Both the position numbers and the translations under genes were made by a program. The notes beneath the pieces were generated by a model. It did no database searches and was not told the origin of the DNA. It saw only the letters and a program-made list of their open reading frames with translations. A DNA stretch of 63,935 bases, counting the filler, from Cercozoa sp. M6MM (Eukaryota > Protista > Endomyxa: Ascetosporea): NCBI GenBank assembly GCA_040357565.1. It is 9 parts of 9 records of this genome, joined end to end, with 100 filler letters (N's around TTAATTAATTAA, not from the genome) between each part and the next. Parts side by side here need not be neighbours in the genome. Positions count along the whole stretch, not along the records: positions 9,247 to 33,344 come from JBDODJ010000162.1; 8 more parts are not named here. The stretch is one strand, 5' to 3'. Of this stretch, positions 14,001 through 27,285 are shown piece after piece (positions within the stretch are counted from its first letter, which is position 1; each line of letters starts with the position of its first letter).

Positions 14001-15289
14001 CGTGCTGGCCAACCAGTCGCACGTGCCTCAGGACGACTCCTTCCTCACGCAAGTTGACGGCTTGTGCACCCTAGCTTTGGTACAAACTGACTCGGATGCC
14101 TTGGGACATGCTTCGACGCTGTGTAGGAGCACGAGCAAGAAGAGGTGCGCCGCGTAGCAGCTGCTGTCTTGGGCACGCGTGTGCACAAGCAGACGCACGC
14201 TGAGTCGCTGCAACGTGCTGTGGACGCTGTGTGTGCCACACAGAGCCAAACTCAGCGAAAGCTTCATCTGATTGCTTGCGTTGCCCGAGCACTTTTGGTG
14301 AAAGGCGGTGCGTGTCCTGCGTCCGTACTGCAGCAGTTACTGGACGCGCTATTCGACTTGGGCGCCTCGGATGGTACTTCTGGCCCGCTTTTGCAGTTTT
14401 ACTCTCTCGAAACAGTTGTGTTTTGATTTGCAGATCAAGTCACTGAGGCATTCCGCCTCATGCTGACTCGTCCGCGCGGATACGACGAAGGCGAGTCGAA
14501 GCGACCTGAAGACGCCTTGTTCCACGTCGAGCAAGAGGAGCGCGATGATGACGTGTTCTGCCGAGACACTGGTGTACAAGTGTCGCCGTTTTTCTTGCAA
14601 GCCTTCTTTGGGCGATTCGGACAGCGACTGGTTGAGCCGAGCGAGTCGACTGAGCCGAGCGAGTCGACTGAGCCGCTGCGTCTCGGCGTGGCCTGTGTTG
14701 TGTTTAGCGTGCTCCCCGCTGTGCTGCTGCGGAAGCAGCTGTCCCAGGCACTCGGCTTGGCATGTGACACACTGTGAGTTGCTTGTGTTTGGTGTGTTGT
14801 TTGCCGCGACTTGTTTGTGTTTTGCAGGCGAAATGAACAGTCGCTCGGCGTGCGATTGGCGGCGCTGCGCGTGCTGCAGCGCGTTCTGTGTCTCACGGAG
14901 CTGCGCGAGAGCGATGCAATGAAGATGCAGAACGAAGCCGTCGTCAAGGCGCTGCTTCGGGCCCTCGATTCGCCTTTTGCCGTGAGTTGTTGCTCTTGCT
15001 TTCGGACTTTGTCTTCGTACTTTTGTTGTCAAGCTCTTTCTTGGACTTGCTTAGCAATGCCGTGCCGCCGCCTTGTTCCTCTTGGCCGAGGTTGCCAAAC
15101 TGCCTCGGTCCGTCGTGTTCCACGCGCGCGCAGAGGTCACTCGGCGAGTGGTACCTTGTGTTTGGCCTGGCCGCTTGTTTCCGTGCTCAGTGTTTTGACC
15201 GGCAGGCGCCGCTGCTGGACGACAAGAAACGCTGCGTGCGCCGACTGGCCGTGCTGGCACGCAACGCGTGGTTCACCCTGTCGTCATAA
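11035..15289 (+). CDS. MMS19: MMS19/MET18 cytosolic Fe-S assembly HEAT-repeat scaffold
   Basis: LTRLVEALGDKLTS, AMTDEKDPRCLMLNF, FEATACYFP|ITFRPPRNDPIGI, and C-terminal LDDKKRCVRRLAVLARNAW*. Confidence 0.93.
12409..12580 (+). repeat. Intronic 21-nt minisatellite (ACCCACCCCTACCCACTTCCG, ~8 copies) in MMS19
   Basis: Tandem units visible between a GTAC donor and a TAG acceptor. Confidence 0.93.
13200..13380 (+). repeat. Intronic degenerate (TTACCC/TTACCCC/TTGCCC)n array in MMS19
   Basis: Visible directly. Confidence 0.9.
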
Positions 15290-15792
15290 CTAAAAACCAC
15301 GATTTAGCTCTGTCGTTTTCTGCAGTATTTGCGGGCGGGCAGGCTGTTTCAGCATGATGCGACAGTAGACAATTGGGATACACTCCGCTTTCACTTTAAA
15401 CTGAAACTGACACTTGGCCACTCTCCCTCCGAGAACAGTCTTTCTGACGTCCTAGTTTTTTGTATCACTGGCAAAGTACCCTCAATGAGCCAAGGCCTAA
15501 TCCCTATTTGAGAGGGCTGCGGTAACACGGACTCGGATTTTTTAGCAGATTTGAATGTAAAATGGCAACATTAAAACGACAGCATGACAGAATTTGGACT
15601 TTTTCGAAATTGCTGAAACAAAACGCACCGAGCCGATTCGAGCTTACTAATAGAGACAAAATACTGTTATAACAACAGGGCACACAGCGGTACATCTAAT
15701 AAAAGAAATTTGATTGCGGTATTTTTGGGGGGTTTCAGTTTTGCTTTCACTTGAGTTCCCTTCACTTAATTTACCGATCCGGTAACAAACAC

Positions 15793-16717
15793 TAATCGCT
15801 GACGTCGTCGTCGGCACTGGGACTGCGTGCGTTCTGCACGGATGCGATGATCTCGTCGATGCGCTGCATGCAACAACAATGACCACACAGCGCACACAAG
15901 AAACCTCGATGAAGCGAGCAGGTACCCCTGCGCAGTACATGTCGACGAACCACGTGGTATCGCCGAGGAAGTCGTGAATCGTGTCACGGATCGTCTGCTG
16001 CTTGACACTGCAAGAAACGACCAGTATCCCTGTGCAATAGTTGTGGGAGAACAAGAGGCGACCTGTTGCATGGCGTGGCGGCAAAGAAGTCTCCGACAGG
16101 CGCGACGAACTTTTGTCGCGCGGCCTCGAGATCGGCGCGCAGGCCGCGGAACGGCTCGTCAAAGTGTTCGTGGTGCACCACGGCGCCTTTCGTGCAGCAG
16201 CACAGTGCCAGTGCCAGCAGCATGTCACTGTGCACATGCGAAACACATACATTATATGGGGTACGGTCTCTCTCTTCTCTCTACCTGTACTCGGAAACGT
16301 CAGCCTGCGCGACGAATTTCTCCAGCAGCGTCGCGTCAAACTCGCATCGGAACACTACGTAGTCCAGGAAGGAGGTCCACTTGCGCCAGACCTACAGAGG
16401 GAAAAGCAAAGTATATCCTGCTTCGGGAACACAGGTGGTAGACAGGGAAAACTAACCGAAGCACTGCCGTCGCGCATGCAACTGCGCCGCGTTGAGAAGG
16501 CGTCGCGCATCGTTGCCTATCCAATTGCAACTTAACTTACTCACTCCACCCAACCCAACCCAGCCTAACTCCACCCAACCCAACCCAGCCCAACTTAACT
16601 CAACCCAACTGAACTCAACCCAACTGAACTCAACCCCACCTGTCCACGGTGCAGCAGTGGATGCTTCATCTGCTCCAGCACGTCAGGTCGTGCGTTCTAC
16701 ACACACACACACACATC

Positions 16718-16753
<36 letters not shown>

Positions 16754-16853
16754 NNNNNNNNNNNNNNNNNNNNNNNNNNNNNNNNNNNNNNNNNNNNNNN
16801 NNNNNNNNNNNNNNNNNNNNNNNNNNNNNNNNNNNNNNNNNNNNNNNNNNNNN

Positions 16854-16895
<42 letters not shown>

Positions 16896-18420
16896 AGACA
16901 CAGACACACACACACACCACAACAACACACATGGACAGAGTGAAAGCGGAGATGTACGATGAGTTGCAGCACGCGTTCGACCTGTTTCTCGACGGCACGG
17001 TGCGAGCCGAACAGAAAGTTCAGCACGCGTCCGAACGGCGGCAGCACGAAGTGTCGCACCACGTTGGAGTCGCGTGATGCCGCAATGTACTCGATCAGGT
17101 ACTCGTGCGCCCTGTCCGACAGGTGGTATCGCAGCACCGGCAGCGCAGCTGTACAGTTAGGATTGAGATACGGGTGAGGTCAGGGGGGGTGGGGGGGGGG
17201 GGGGGGGGGTACGATTGCGATTGCACGGCTGCGTGCAGTGCCGCTCGACGAAGTGCAGCCAGCCCTTGGTCTGCGCGACGGTGTGAATGCTGCGTCGGTC
17301 GAGCCATTGCGCCAGCCACTTGCAGTCGCGACTGCCAAACACTTGGTTCGACTGATCCTGTCGTACATGCACATACCATCGTGCGCATGTTTGTATTTAT
17401 CTTATACACACATAGATATACATATATATAATATATAGATATATATATATATATATAATATATACAGATTTGAAGACAGATAGAGTACCTCCAGCACGCC
17501 CTCTCGTTGTTGCGGAGTCATCTCGCCGACAACTTGCATGAATAGGAGTGGCTCTCGGAACATGACGTGTCGCAGGAAGGTCGCCATGTACTTGTTGGCT
17601 AGGGCAAACCGTAGGGAGGGCATTGGGGGGCCAACACCGTTGATGGGGTACCAGCAGACACAGGCACCGCAGTTGGCCACCGCGACAGAGCCGTGAGAAT
17701 CAGCTTCAGCAGCGGCATCGTTTCGGTCGACCAGCGCGGCGACAGGTGCGCAAACACGCGCGTTAGTTCGCCATACGCCGTCAGATCGGCCTCTGTAGCC
17801 GTACTCTGCTTCATCAACACAGGTCAACTGTTAGTATTGTAGACGCTACATGAGTGCTGCGAGAGGTAGGGAATGGCGTACGACTAGGCCGTCCAGTTCC
17901 TCGCGTAGACGCTCGAACTCGTCGCTGTTGTACGGCATGTGCGCATCCGTCATGTCGACCGAGCCGAAAACTTCCATCAGCAGGCAGCGCAGCACCTCGG
18001 CCTCGCCATGCTCAAAGCGCTTGCCGCGCAGCATGAACAAGGCAAAGTTTGACGACACCGCCGCGTGGTCTTCATTGAACAGTGATTGGTTCTGCAGACT
18101 GCACAACAAACAAGTGTAAGCGAAACAAAGGTATAATTTCAGCTCAACTCAACAACTCGACAAAGCAAATTCTACAACTCGAGCACATCGGAGCGCTTGC
18201 CAAGCGGAATATCGGCCCAGATCGTCATGAAACAGTCGCCGGCCGCCTGTACTGTCTCTGCGTCCAGAAGCGACGAGTACGCTAGTTCTTCCCAGCACTT
18301 TCGCAGTGCCTGGCCTCTTCTGCACACTCGAGATCTCTCAACCCAATTCAACCCAACTCACTCAAGTTTTACTCGCTGTACCTCATCTCACGTCACCCAG
18401 TGGAGCTGCACGACACGCTT
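15793..18420 (-). CDS. Multi-exon hypothetical helical protein; 5' end uncertain
   Basis: GC3-rich exons with GT-AG borders (NQSLFNEDHAAVSSNFALFMLRG...; LRYHLSDRAHEYLIEY...; last exon RIDEIIASVQNARSPSADDDVSD*). Confidence 0.65.
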
Positions 18421-19112
18421 CCTGCACCCTGGTGACTGGAATGCGTCGCAAAAAAATGTCAAAGGAACCCTGGAGGCGAATCGCAGCACGAGAAAACGAG
18501 AAACGGCAAACGAAGTGCGCAAAAAGCCCTCCCAGCAAAACCGGAAAAGCCACAAACTTGCAGTACCCCAGCTTACTCGCTGTCTGACAGCTTCCTGTGC
18601 TGTCTCAAAGGCCGCTCAAGTACCTAGGGCATGTTAAAGGGCAGGAGAGTGCCCGGACACAAACCACCGTTGATCGATAAAAAGTGACTGGATTTTCCAG
18701 CGTCCGTTTTGACCAAAAATGGCACCGTCACGCGACTGCGGCAATTATACAAGTTATACAAATAGGTACCGGCAGCTCAGCAGCGGCGGCAGCTCGGACG
18801 GGTGGTGGAGAACACCTGAACTAGCGGCGTCAGATTGACGAAACGAATGTGTAACAACCTGGAGGAAACCACTCTAATAACTTCTGGCGAAGGCATTAAG
18901 TTGTTTCCTGGAGCAGTCCTGGAATGGGTCACAAGCACATGGCCGTAGTCCACCGCCCGCTTATAGTGCGATCCGCTATCGGACTATGGGCAGGGAAGGC
19001 CAAGGCAAAAAACAAAACACAGCTGCCATCTCCCGGAATAGAACCCGACCAAGGACCTAGTATGAAGTTGCAGGGAACCACTCGAAATCGGCGAATTACA
19101 CAACGCGAACAA

Positions 19113-20212
19113 CTAGCTAAAGTCGAAATCCATCACGTCGGCGAGTGAGTCTTCAACAGCGGCGGCTTTCCGGGCACTCGTAGCGCTCGCAGCACGAACC
19201 CCTTGGGCCTGCCCATCCATGAGTCTCTTGATTTCATGGTCAACGGTGACCTGCTCACTCATCACGCCAGTGTCAGGTTTCGCATCATCGCGTTTCGGTT
19301 CTTTCGAGGAGCGCATCATTTCGAACAGCAAACGTTCGTCATCATCGAGGTCGTTCGAGTCCTGCTCGTTGTCGTCCTCTTCTTGCACAAGCCGCTCCAC
19401 ATCGGCTGCCACATTGTCAAGGTGGTCCAGCTCGTCGTCTAGATCGTCGAAATCATCTAACTCTTCTTCCGGCTCCGGCTCATCGGCTGAGCAAGATTTC
19501 TTGCTCAAGTCGCTCGGTCCGAATTCCACCTCGTATCCGCGCGGAGCTCTGTACTCGATCTACTCAGAAGCACAAGTTGACAACTGAAATGCTTGGAGAA
19601 GCGCTCAGTCTGGAAAGCACCTGAGCAGCGTCGTAGAGTGCACACAACGCAAGTGCTTTGTCCTTCTTCTTGCCGTAGCGGTGTTCGTCGATCTGGAAAA
19701 CAAAAGGATTTTTTACATGTGACTGTTTTGTTTCGGGTTCAGTTTGAGTTTGATCTCTCAGTTTAAGGTCTACGTTTCATCAGGGAAGTTACGAATGCGC
19801 GCAGTCGCTTGGACATTCGGCGATCACTGAGTGTTTCCAGCAGTTCTTCCGTCTCTTCCTCGATCTGCTCAGCCCCAACAAAGCAAAAGCGTACCAGTTA
19901 GTGGAAATAACTGAAGAAAAAACAACGCCACCTCGGCTATCCGAAGACTCGTGGGACACTTCCGTTTGCCCGAGGCACTGCCACGTGGCCGAGGCGCGTT
20001 CGACTCGGCACTCGTCGAGGCAGCGTCACTCTCACTTGCCTTCTTTGACACACGCGCACGCTTCTTACCAGCCTGCTTGCCTCTGCACAAGTGCTTCGTC
20101 TGGAGACACACCGACCCAAAAACACGTACAGGATGAAGGACGGCAGCACACGTGCCGGCCGATCCTTTCGCGGCAGACCTCGCTTTTCGCCGGTCTGTTT
20201 GTTTTCGTCCAT
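19113..20212 (-). CDS. Hypothetical nuclear protein (basic N-terminus, acidic C-terminus)
   Basis: MDENKQTGEKRG...|IEEETEELLETL...|IDEHRYGKKKDKALALCALYDAAQ|IEYRAPRGYEVEF...DVMDFDFS*, with in-phase GT-AG joins. Confidence 0.65.
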
Positions 20213-20520
20213 TAAAGCGTGTGCAGCAGTGTACTACCACCTTTTCATTAGCTCTAACACACATTGCAGACTTTGATAGACCTGTCTTGATGATTGTCCG
20301 GCGCCCTTAATGAAACACTCAGCCACCTCGACCCTGGCTTTAAAGATAGATCACCTCTCAGACGCTTCTTTGGTCTGGGTTCTGGATTTAGAGAGCTAAC
20401 ATAACCCACTAGACATCCGGCCCCAGGTTGCGAAAGAGGGCGGGGGCAGACTTTACTGTGCACGTGTGACTGAGTGATTGCGTGACTGAGAGAATCAGTG
20501 GACACTGACGGTGTCGTGAC

Positions 20521-23500
20521 ATGCCACCACGTGCTCGGGGGGTGGCATGTCCGTACAACGAGTCGCTGGTCCAGGAACTGGAGCGTGTGCGGGGCGATGT
20601 ACCCAGTGGTATCGCGGTGGCCTTTACCCATTTACCTTAACCCTTAAACCCCTCTACCCTTTTACCCCTTTACCCCTTTGCCCTCCGTCACTGCAGGCAA
20701 CGACATTACAATGGCGCAGAAGCGGTACCGTGTGGCACTGCGAAAAGCGATTGCAAGTCTGCATGTGTTTCCGCTGCCTGTTGTGGTACTTTCCGGCACT
20801 GAGTTTTTGACTGCTCAGTGGGCGTCAGTGGCATGTCTCAGTGGGCGTGTGTATGTGTACTAGTAGTACTGTGCTTGGTAGAATGGCGAAATGGCACAGA
20901 AATTCGTCGACGGAGTCGGCAAAACCACGGCCAAAGTGATCGATCGCTACCTGCGCAAGTGGGTTCTCTTTGCCCTTTACCCCCTTTACTCCTTCTACTT
21001 CCTTTTACCCCCTTTTTATCCCTTTTACCCCCTTTTTATCCCTTTTACCCCTTTTACCCTCTTACCTTTCCCATCACAGAGCAGACAGATGGCGCGACCC
21101 ATCGAGTGAGGACACAGTGTTCCCGTGCGACATGTCACTCGAACTGCACAAGGTAGGAGTGTTCATAGTTTGTCCGCGCGGATGCAAGTGCGGCTGTACA
21201 GATATTGGTGGACACGTCGAGTTCGCTCCGTGCGGATGAGGAAGTGCTGCGACAGTGTGGTCGCTTGGAAGACGAGGCACAGATCGAAACCGTTTTTGTC
21301 GAAGCGTCTGTTGCACCGCAGTCTTCGAGTGCTGCTGCATGTGTACAACTCTTTTACCCCCTTCTACTTCTCTTACCCTTCTGGCCCCTTTTACCCTTTA
21401 TATCCTCTATACCACTCTCTTTTCACCCCTTTATCCTTTTCAACTCTCTCATTTCCCTCCAGAACAAGAAGAGAAAGAGCAAGTATCGTCCCAAGAAGGA
21501 CGCGCAGCCGTACCGTTTTCTGATGGCCATGTTCCGTCTGAGACAGGCCGCCTTGGGTCGGAGGTACTTTGAACCACTTTACTCCTGACCTCTTTCACCT
21601 CTTTACCTCCTTTTTTCCTCTTACCCCCCTTCTCGGTAGAGATGCAGAGGTCAGAAGCGACGATGCGGAACCGAGTTTCCGAAGAGACGTGGTACTACCT
21701 TTTGTGTGCGGCCTTGTATGTATACCAGACAAGGTTGTTAACATGTGTCTGTGTGTATTTTGACAGATACACCAGGCAGTGAAACAGTGCTTTGGCGACA
21801 GTGGTCACTCGCACGTGCGTTTTTCTACTGCCTCGTTTGAGTACCTCATGTGTCCCCCGAACAAGGTTGTTGCAGGCCCAGGCCTGGCGACAGTCGGTGA
21901 CCAACGTGCTCGTCAAGAACGATCTTGTCGTTGTGAGCGACGAATTCGAGGTCGCTCTGTCTGCGCAGGGTATGATTTTTACCCCCTTTGTTTGCCCCAT
22001 TTTATCCCTCGCCCCCATTGGATGTCTCATTCCACTCTTCCCCCTTTTCACCTTTTTACCCCCTTTTTATCCCTTTTAACCCCCTTTTTACCCCCTTTTA
22101 ACCCCCTTTTTACCCCTACTCCCAGGTGCCGAGACAGCGGCCAACATGTGCGACGATGCGTTTCGCGAAGTACTACTGCGCACGCCAAAACGTGCGCGTC
22201 CCAAGGGCGTCCGAGTTGCGGTACGCACTTCCTTACCAAGTGCATACTTAACTAGTGGGCTGCATCCTTACCTAGTGGGGCGCGTGCTTAACTCGTGGGG
22301 GTGCATACTTAACTTGTGGCGTTGGACTCCAAAGGGGTTGCAATGGTGTGTATTATAGGTATGTCTATGTTAATGTAGAGCCTGCCGCAGCAGCGACTGG
22401 TGCCGCAGATGGACAGTACCGACGTGCAGCGCGGCGCCGCGTGGCCGCGCGACATGCTGCTGCTATCGCTGCGACGACCCTCGGCTGCGCAAGTCGTCCT
22501 GCTCATCGACAACGTACCCTTTTCGTTCTTCCCTCAGGTTTGAGGGTGTACCGGGGGTGTAAGGTGTGCCAGGGGTGCCAGGGGGTAGGGCTAAAGGGTA
22601 AAAGGTGGCAAAGGGAGTAGGAGGGTAAGGGGGGTAAAACTTTACTATTGCGCAGCGAGAGGAACTGCAGCGAAAGAAAAAAAATGCGTTTTGTCAGAAA
22701 CTGCGCGAGGCCGGAGTACAGGTACGTTGCTCCTGTCTGTCAGCCTGTCCGTCAGTCCAATTGCTAGTCCAAATGGACCCTAGGTGATGTGTAGTGTGAG
22801 ATCCGAGCTCTGGCGTTGGGCGACTTTGCCTTTGTTGCACGCGATCCGCTGAATGTACCTGTGTCTGTGTGTCTGTGTCTGTATGTATGTCTCTTCACAC
22901 AAGGAATGTTGTTTTTAATATTGTTGTTGTCGAGGAAACAGCTGGAGCAGGAAGTCGTGCTGAACTGCCTGGTGGAACGCAAAAAACTCGACGACCTGGT
23001 CGCTTCTATTAAGGATGGACGCTACCGCGAGCAAAAGTTTCGTCTCGACACCTGCGGCATCTCGCGCATCGTCTACCTCCTCGAGGGCACGCGCTGGTAG
23101 ACCCCCTTAACCAGCCCCATCCACTTCTATAAACTACAGAGCACTCTTATCGCTCCCTACATTTAGGCCAGGAGCAATGCCGGAGTCGGCACTGCACAAG
23201 ACCATGGCCACCAGCGATGCCGACGAAGGCTTCTATGTCCGACGGACGCGCACCGCCGAGGACTCTGTACGAGCCCTGAAAAACCTCTATGTTGCCCTGC
23301 GCGCACGCGTGCACAAACAACAAGTGCCGTTAAGTGTGCGTTTCAGTTTATCGTTTCAATATTTTATCTTGGTCCTTTTTATTTTGGTATTTTTATTTTG
23401 TTTTTGACTGACGGTGGTGTGGCAGGGCCCGACACTCACAGAGTTCTCGGCACTAATGTCGAAAAAATCCGCAACGCAGTGGAATGCCGGTCAGATGCTC

Positions 23501-23871
23501 GCTGTGCAGCTCATGTGCATCAAGGTCGGCCTCTTCAGTTGTGTTGCATGTGTTGTTCTTCTGTCTGACTAAGGAAGTGTTGTGTGTGCAGGGCGTCAGT
23601 TCAGGCACAGCCAACGCCGTGCGCGAACGGTTTCCGACTGTGAGAGCACTGTTTGATTTTCTACGCTCATGCGAGGGCGGCCACAAGGAAAGAGTGAAGC
23701 ACATCGCCGATCTCAAGGTTGCACGACGATAATCTGCATGAAAACCAGAAAAAGCATAAGCTGTGTGCTGATGGGTAGGCCCAGAACTCGTCGCGACGCG
23801 TCGGACCCGTCGTGGCCGAGCGTATCGTGCGCTTCTTCACCGACACTCCCTCCGGCGCGTCGGATGATTAG
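20521..23871 (+). CDS. MUS81: Crossover junction endonuclease MUS81
   Basis: N-terminal CPYNESLV...ALRKAIASLHVFPLPV...VDGVGK (HhH); winged-helix KYRPKKDAQPYRFLMAM; ERCC4 VVLLIDN|RE...LGDFAFV...VERKKLDDLVASIKDGRYREQKFRL; C-terminal VQGVSS...RRVGPVVAERI. Confidence 0.95.
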
Positions 23872-24149
23872 CACCGTACTGCGCTGCGCTGTGCAGATAC
23901 CGCAGCCTTTAGCTCTAAGGTTCCGAGTGAGTGTCTTTCTCCTGCGATTTCGTTTCATTTAATAACGCGCCGGATTGCGATCGCGCGGTGAAGTAAATTT
24001 ATTGCAGCATCCAGTAGAAGCAATCGCGGAAATCAAAACTGAAAGTCCGAAACGAAAAGTGCCAGGCAGAGCGACGCTTGCTTTCGGTTTGAGCCATTGC
24101 GCAAGGGACTCTGTAATGCACTCAAGTTCTGCAGACGGTCAGTAAAGAT

Positions 24150-25873
24150 ATGCGTTCAGGCATTGTATGCAAGGCTCTGCGACGGTTTTCAGTTTCGACC
24201 CGTTCAAACAAACCAGCCAGAGCGAACAAGTTGAAGTATGGTGTCAGGGTGCGATACTGTATCGCTCTTCAGTCTCTCATGCGCACCCTCAGCTTGTCTT
24301 GTATTCAGTCAAGGCGCTCTAGAGGTGCTAAAAACTCCAAAACGGATCCCGAGTGGGCGAAAAAACCAAACTACCATGCCACAGAAAGCACAGTTTCTCC
24401 AGAGAGCGAGGAAGCTGATCCAGAAAACTTCGTCTTTTCTCGAGAGTGGGACAACTTTGAATTCGGTACTAGATGCTCTTCATTACTCATTGCTGAAACT
24501 CAGGCTTATCATATATTATCCTGATGCATAGCTCTGGAATCGTTCGACGCAGAAAAGGAAAAAGGAAACATACGAGCCGAAGCTGTACAAGAACTGTGTG
24601 ACTCTGCTCTATCTGTAGTGACTGCACTCGCCAAAGTGTCAGTTTCACTGCAGTGTCTGTTTCTGGAGTTTATACTTTAAATTGATTGTTCGTTCGGAAC
24701 TGCAGAGCTGGAGCAGGAGAAACAGGGGAATACACGCAACACCATGACAGTTTCTGGATCGAGTACGTGGAAGAGCTTGCGGACTCCTTGTGGGACTTCC
24801 TTGCGCATTCGCACTTGCGCCTTCCTGAGGTAATCCCAACAAGTCGACACTACCCCAGTACAGGACAGAATACTGTTCAGTTGCCATGGACAGAGCAAAC
24901 TGGAAGCCTGCGAACTGATGCATAACGCAGCAACAACTTTGCTGGAAGTCAAGAGTCGACTCGCAGATTTGCAGAAACAACAGCCAAATGCTGTCGAGAG
25001 TGCACTTTGGTATCTCGAACAGGCGGTAAGTCCGTGTTTCAGTTTAGTATTCTGATACTTGATAGTAAATTGATTTGTCGACAAAGAATGACTGACAGCA
25101 TTTCAGAGAACTCAGCTGGATCTGCTCGACGACAGGCTAAATGCTGCTTATCTCGGCAGTCTGTCCGTTTTGTGGCACCAGATAACGTACCGAAAAAGCT
25201 ACGACTTCCACGTCTCCAAATACATCTACGGTCTTTCTTGCTTTGGCAGGCACCTATGCCCTCGCTTACCCAAGAAACTCCTTGTCGAGATCGCAGACGA
25301 GGTAAGTTTGCTGACTTTCTTGGCTTTAGTTTTTCCCAACATCGTAAATCCACTCAGAACGAGCGACTGGCTCAGTGCTTGGATAGCAACCAGTGGCCGA
25401 ATCAATGCACGGGCTTCCTGCAAAGTCTCGGCGCAGATATTGAGGCAATCGAGACTCATAACCCTCTCAAAGCAAACACATAACGAGACACCCTCTTTGG
25501 CTGCACAGCAAGTCAAGCAGGGGTAGTAAATTTAGAAAGGAAGACGAGGCTCAATAAATCAGTCAGTTCTTCAGTTATTGTGGAACTTCAGGTCTACAGT
25601 ATTGGGTCTCGAATGATCCGCAGATCGATTTCGACCGAAAGACGCCGTCCTTGGTCATAACAAGGCGTCTGAAAACACACGACGAAGTGAGTGGAATGGA
25701 AACTAGCCATGAGCCAACTGACCAGGCTGAAGCCGCGAGGAGCTTTTCTGCTTCTCTGCAAGGACTCTGTTCAGGAGAAGATCGACAGCAATCCACTGAG
25801 GACTGAGCCAGATCTGGTGGTGCAAACTGAGCTGTACCGTACTGCACTGTACCTATTGACAGTAACTTACTGA
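24150..25873 (+). CDS. Multi-exon hypothetical protein with a mitochondrial-presequence-like N-terminus
   Basis: MRSGIVCKALRRFSVSTR, followed by GT-AG-bounded exons. 3' end uncertain. Confidence 0.5.
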
Positions 25874-25990
25874 GCAAAGTGACCCGGTCAGGCAGTCGGG
25901 TTGTGCGAGGTCAGTGCTAAACCTGAGTGAACACTGTACTGTCGTAAACCGCCGCTCCTACGCTACAGGCGCGGGTATCGCACATGTCGG

Positions 25991-27000
25991 TCAGTCACAG
26001 TGCGTGCGCCTAGTGGGTCGATGTGCACCACGCGCTGCCTGTAGCGTCGTAGCAAGCGACGGCGGGTTTTCGGCCTCTCCATGTCCCAGATCGACCACCT
26101 GTATCGACCCAAGGGAGTGTCCGGTACTGTTGCAGGATTGCAGAATAACATTCATACTAAATTTAGAGGTACCAATATTTATCGCCTCTCTGCTTTTCCG
26201 GAAACAACGCCGACTTGCTTTTCTGCGGTTTCGTTTCGACCTAAAGATTAAATATGCCTTTCGTCACAATTGAACCTGTTAGATAAATTTGGCACCTCGA
26301 TCCACACATGTTCCGTTAGATCCGTCGGAAGGACGCGTTTACCCTCTGAAACAGACAACATTGTGAATATTGCGGTAATTGCTATAAAGTAATAAGCTAC
26401 CTGGTGACAGACAGAAGGTCAGCACTGAAGGTGCATGCAAGTGTTTCCTGTGATATCATATGTTTGTCGTGCATTTTATAGAAATACAGGATATACAAAA
26501 AAGGCGAGGATACACACTCTCCAGTTCGACAATTCGGATCTCAACGAGCGTGTTTTCCGAGGTCGGAGCACTTCGCCGACGGACGAACGTACGAGCAATG
26601 TTGAGGAAGACCGTGTTGTCTTTGAGCCTTTAAAGTGTCGGTTTAACCCATTCGTTAAATAAATATAGTTAGACTGAAGAAGTTACTCTTGCGGAGTGGA
26701 GATTTTGGGTGTCCAGTCTTGATCCCAAACCTGTAACATTCAGACACGTCTTCTTGTACCCCAACTGAACTGAGGTGAACGGAATCAGTACGAAATCAGC
26801 GACCGAGTGCTTGGTTATTCTGAGAACGGCGAGGTTTCTCGCGTCGTCTTTTCGCACTGTCTGCTCAGTGAACAACACAGAACTTACAAGGACAGACAGT
26901 TTTAAAACTCAACCATGGTTTTATTTACCTTGCCGCGACGTGCAGCCCCGCCCCGCCTTCTGCCAAAGCGTTCTCGACGCTCAACTTTGTCACTACTCAT
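25991..27000 (-). CDS. Multi-exon hypothetical protein
   Basis: MSSDKVERRERFGRRRGG...|TVRKDDARNLAVLRITKHSVADF|VWDQDW...|EGKRVLPTDLTEHVWIE|...THCD*. Confidence 0.5.
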
Positions 27001-27285
27001 GTGGAGCTATTCTGTGTTTCTCGTTGGTGCAACAGAATGGCAGAAAAACAAACACAGAATTCCCCATATTTTCCGAGAATCCAATAGCTCAGGCTCCGAG
27101 ACCGTACTGAACAGCATGAGGCACTTTAACACATAGAAGTATCATCTTCACGTTCGTCTCTGACGTGCCTGAGGGTCCAGTTCAAAGCAGGGCACCTGAA
27201 TTTTGGACTGAAATGAAAACTGAGCGAAGCGATGCGAAAGTTGTGTTATTTTGGAACAATCAAGCGTAAAAACAAAAAGGAAGTG

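Noticed and set aside
20521-23871. Two adjacent genes (MUS81 plus EME1)
   Set aside because: The exons join into a single MUS81 with HhH, winged-helix, ERCC4 and HhH domains.
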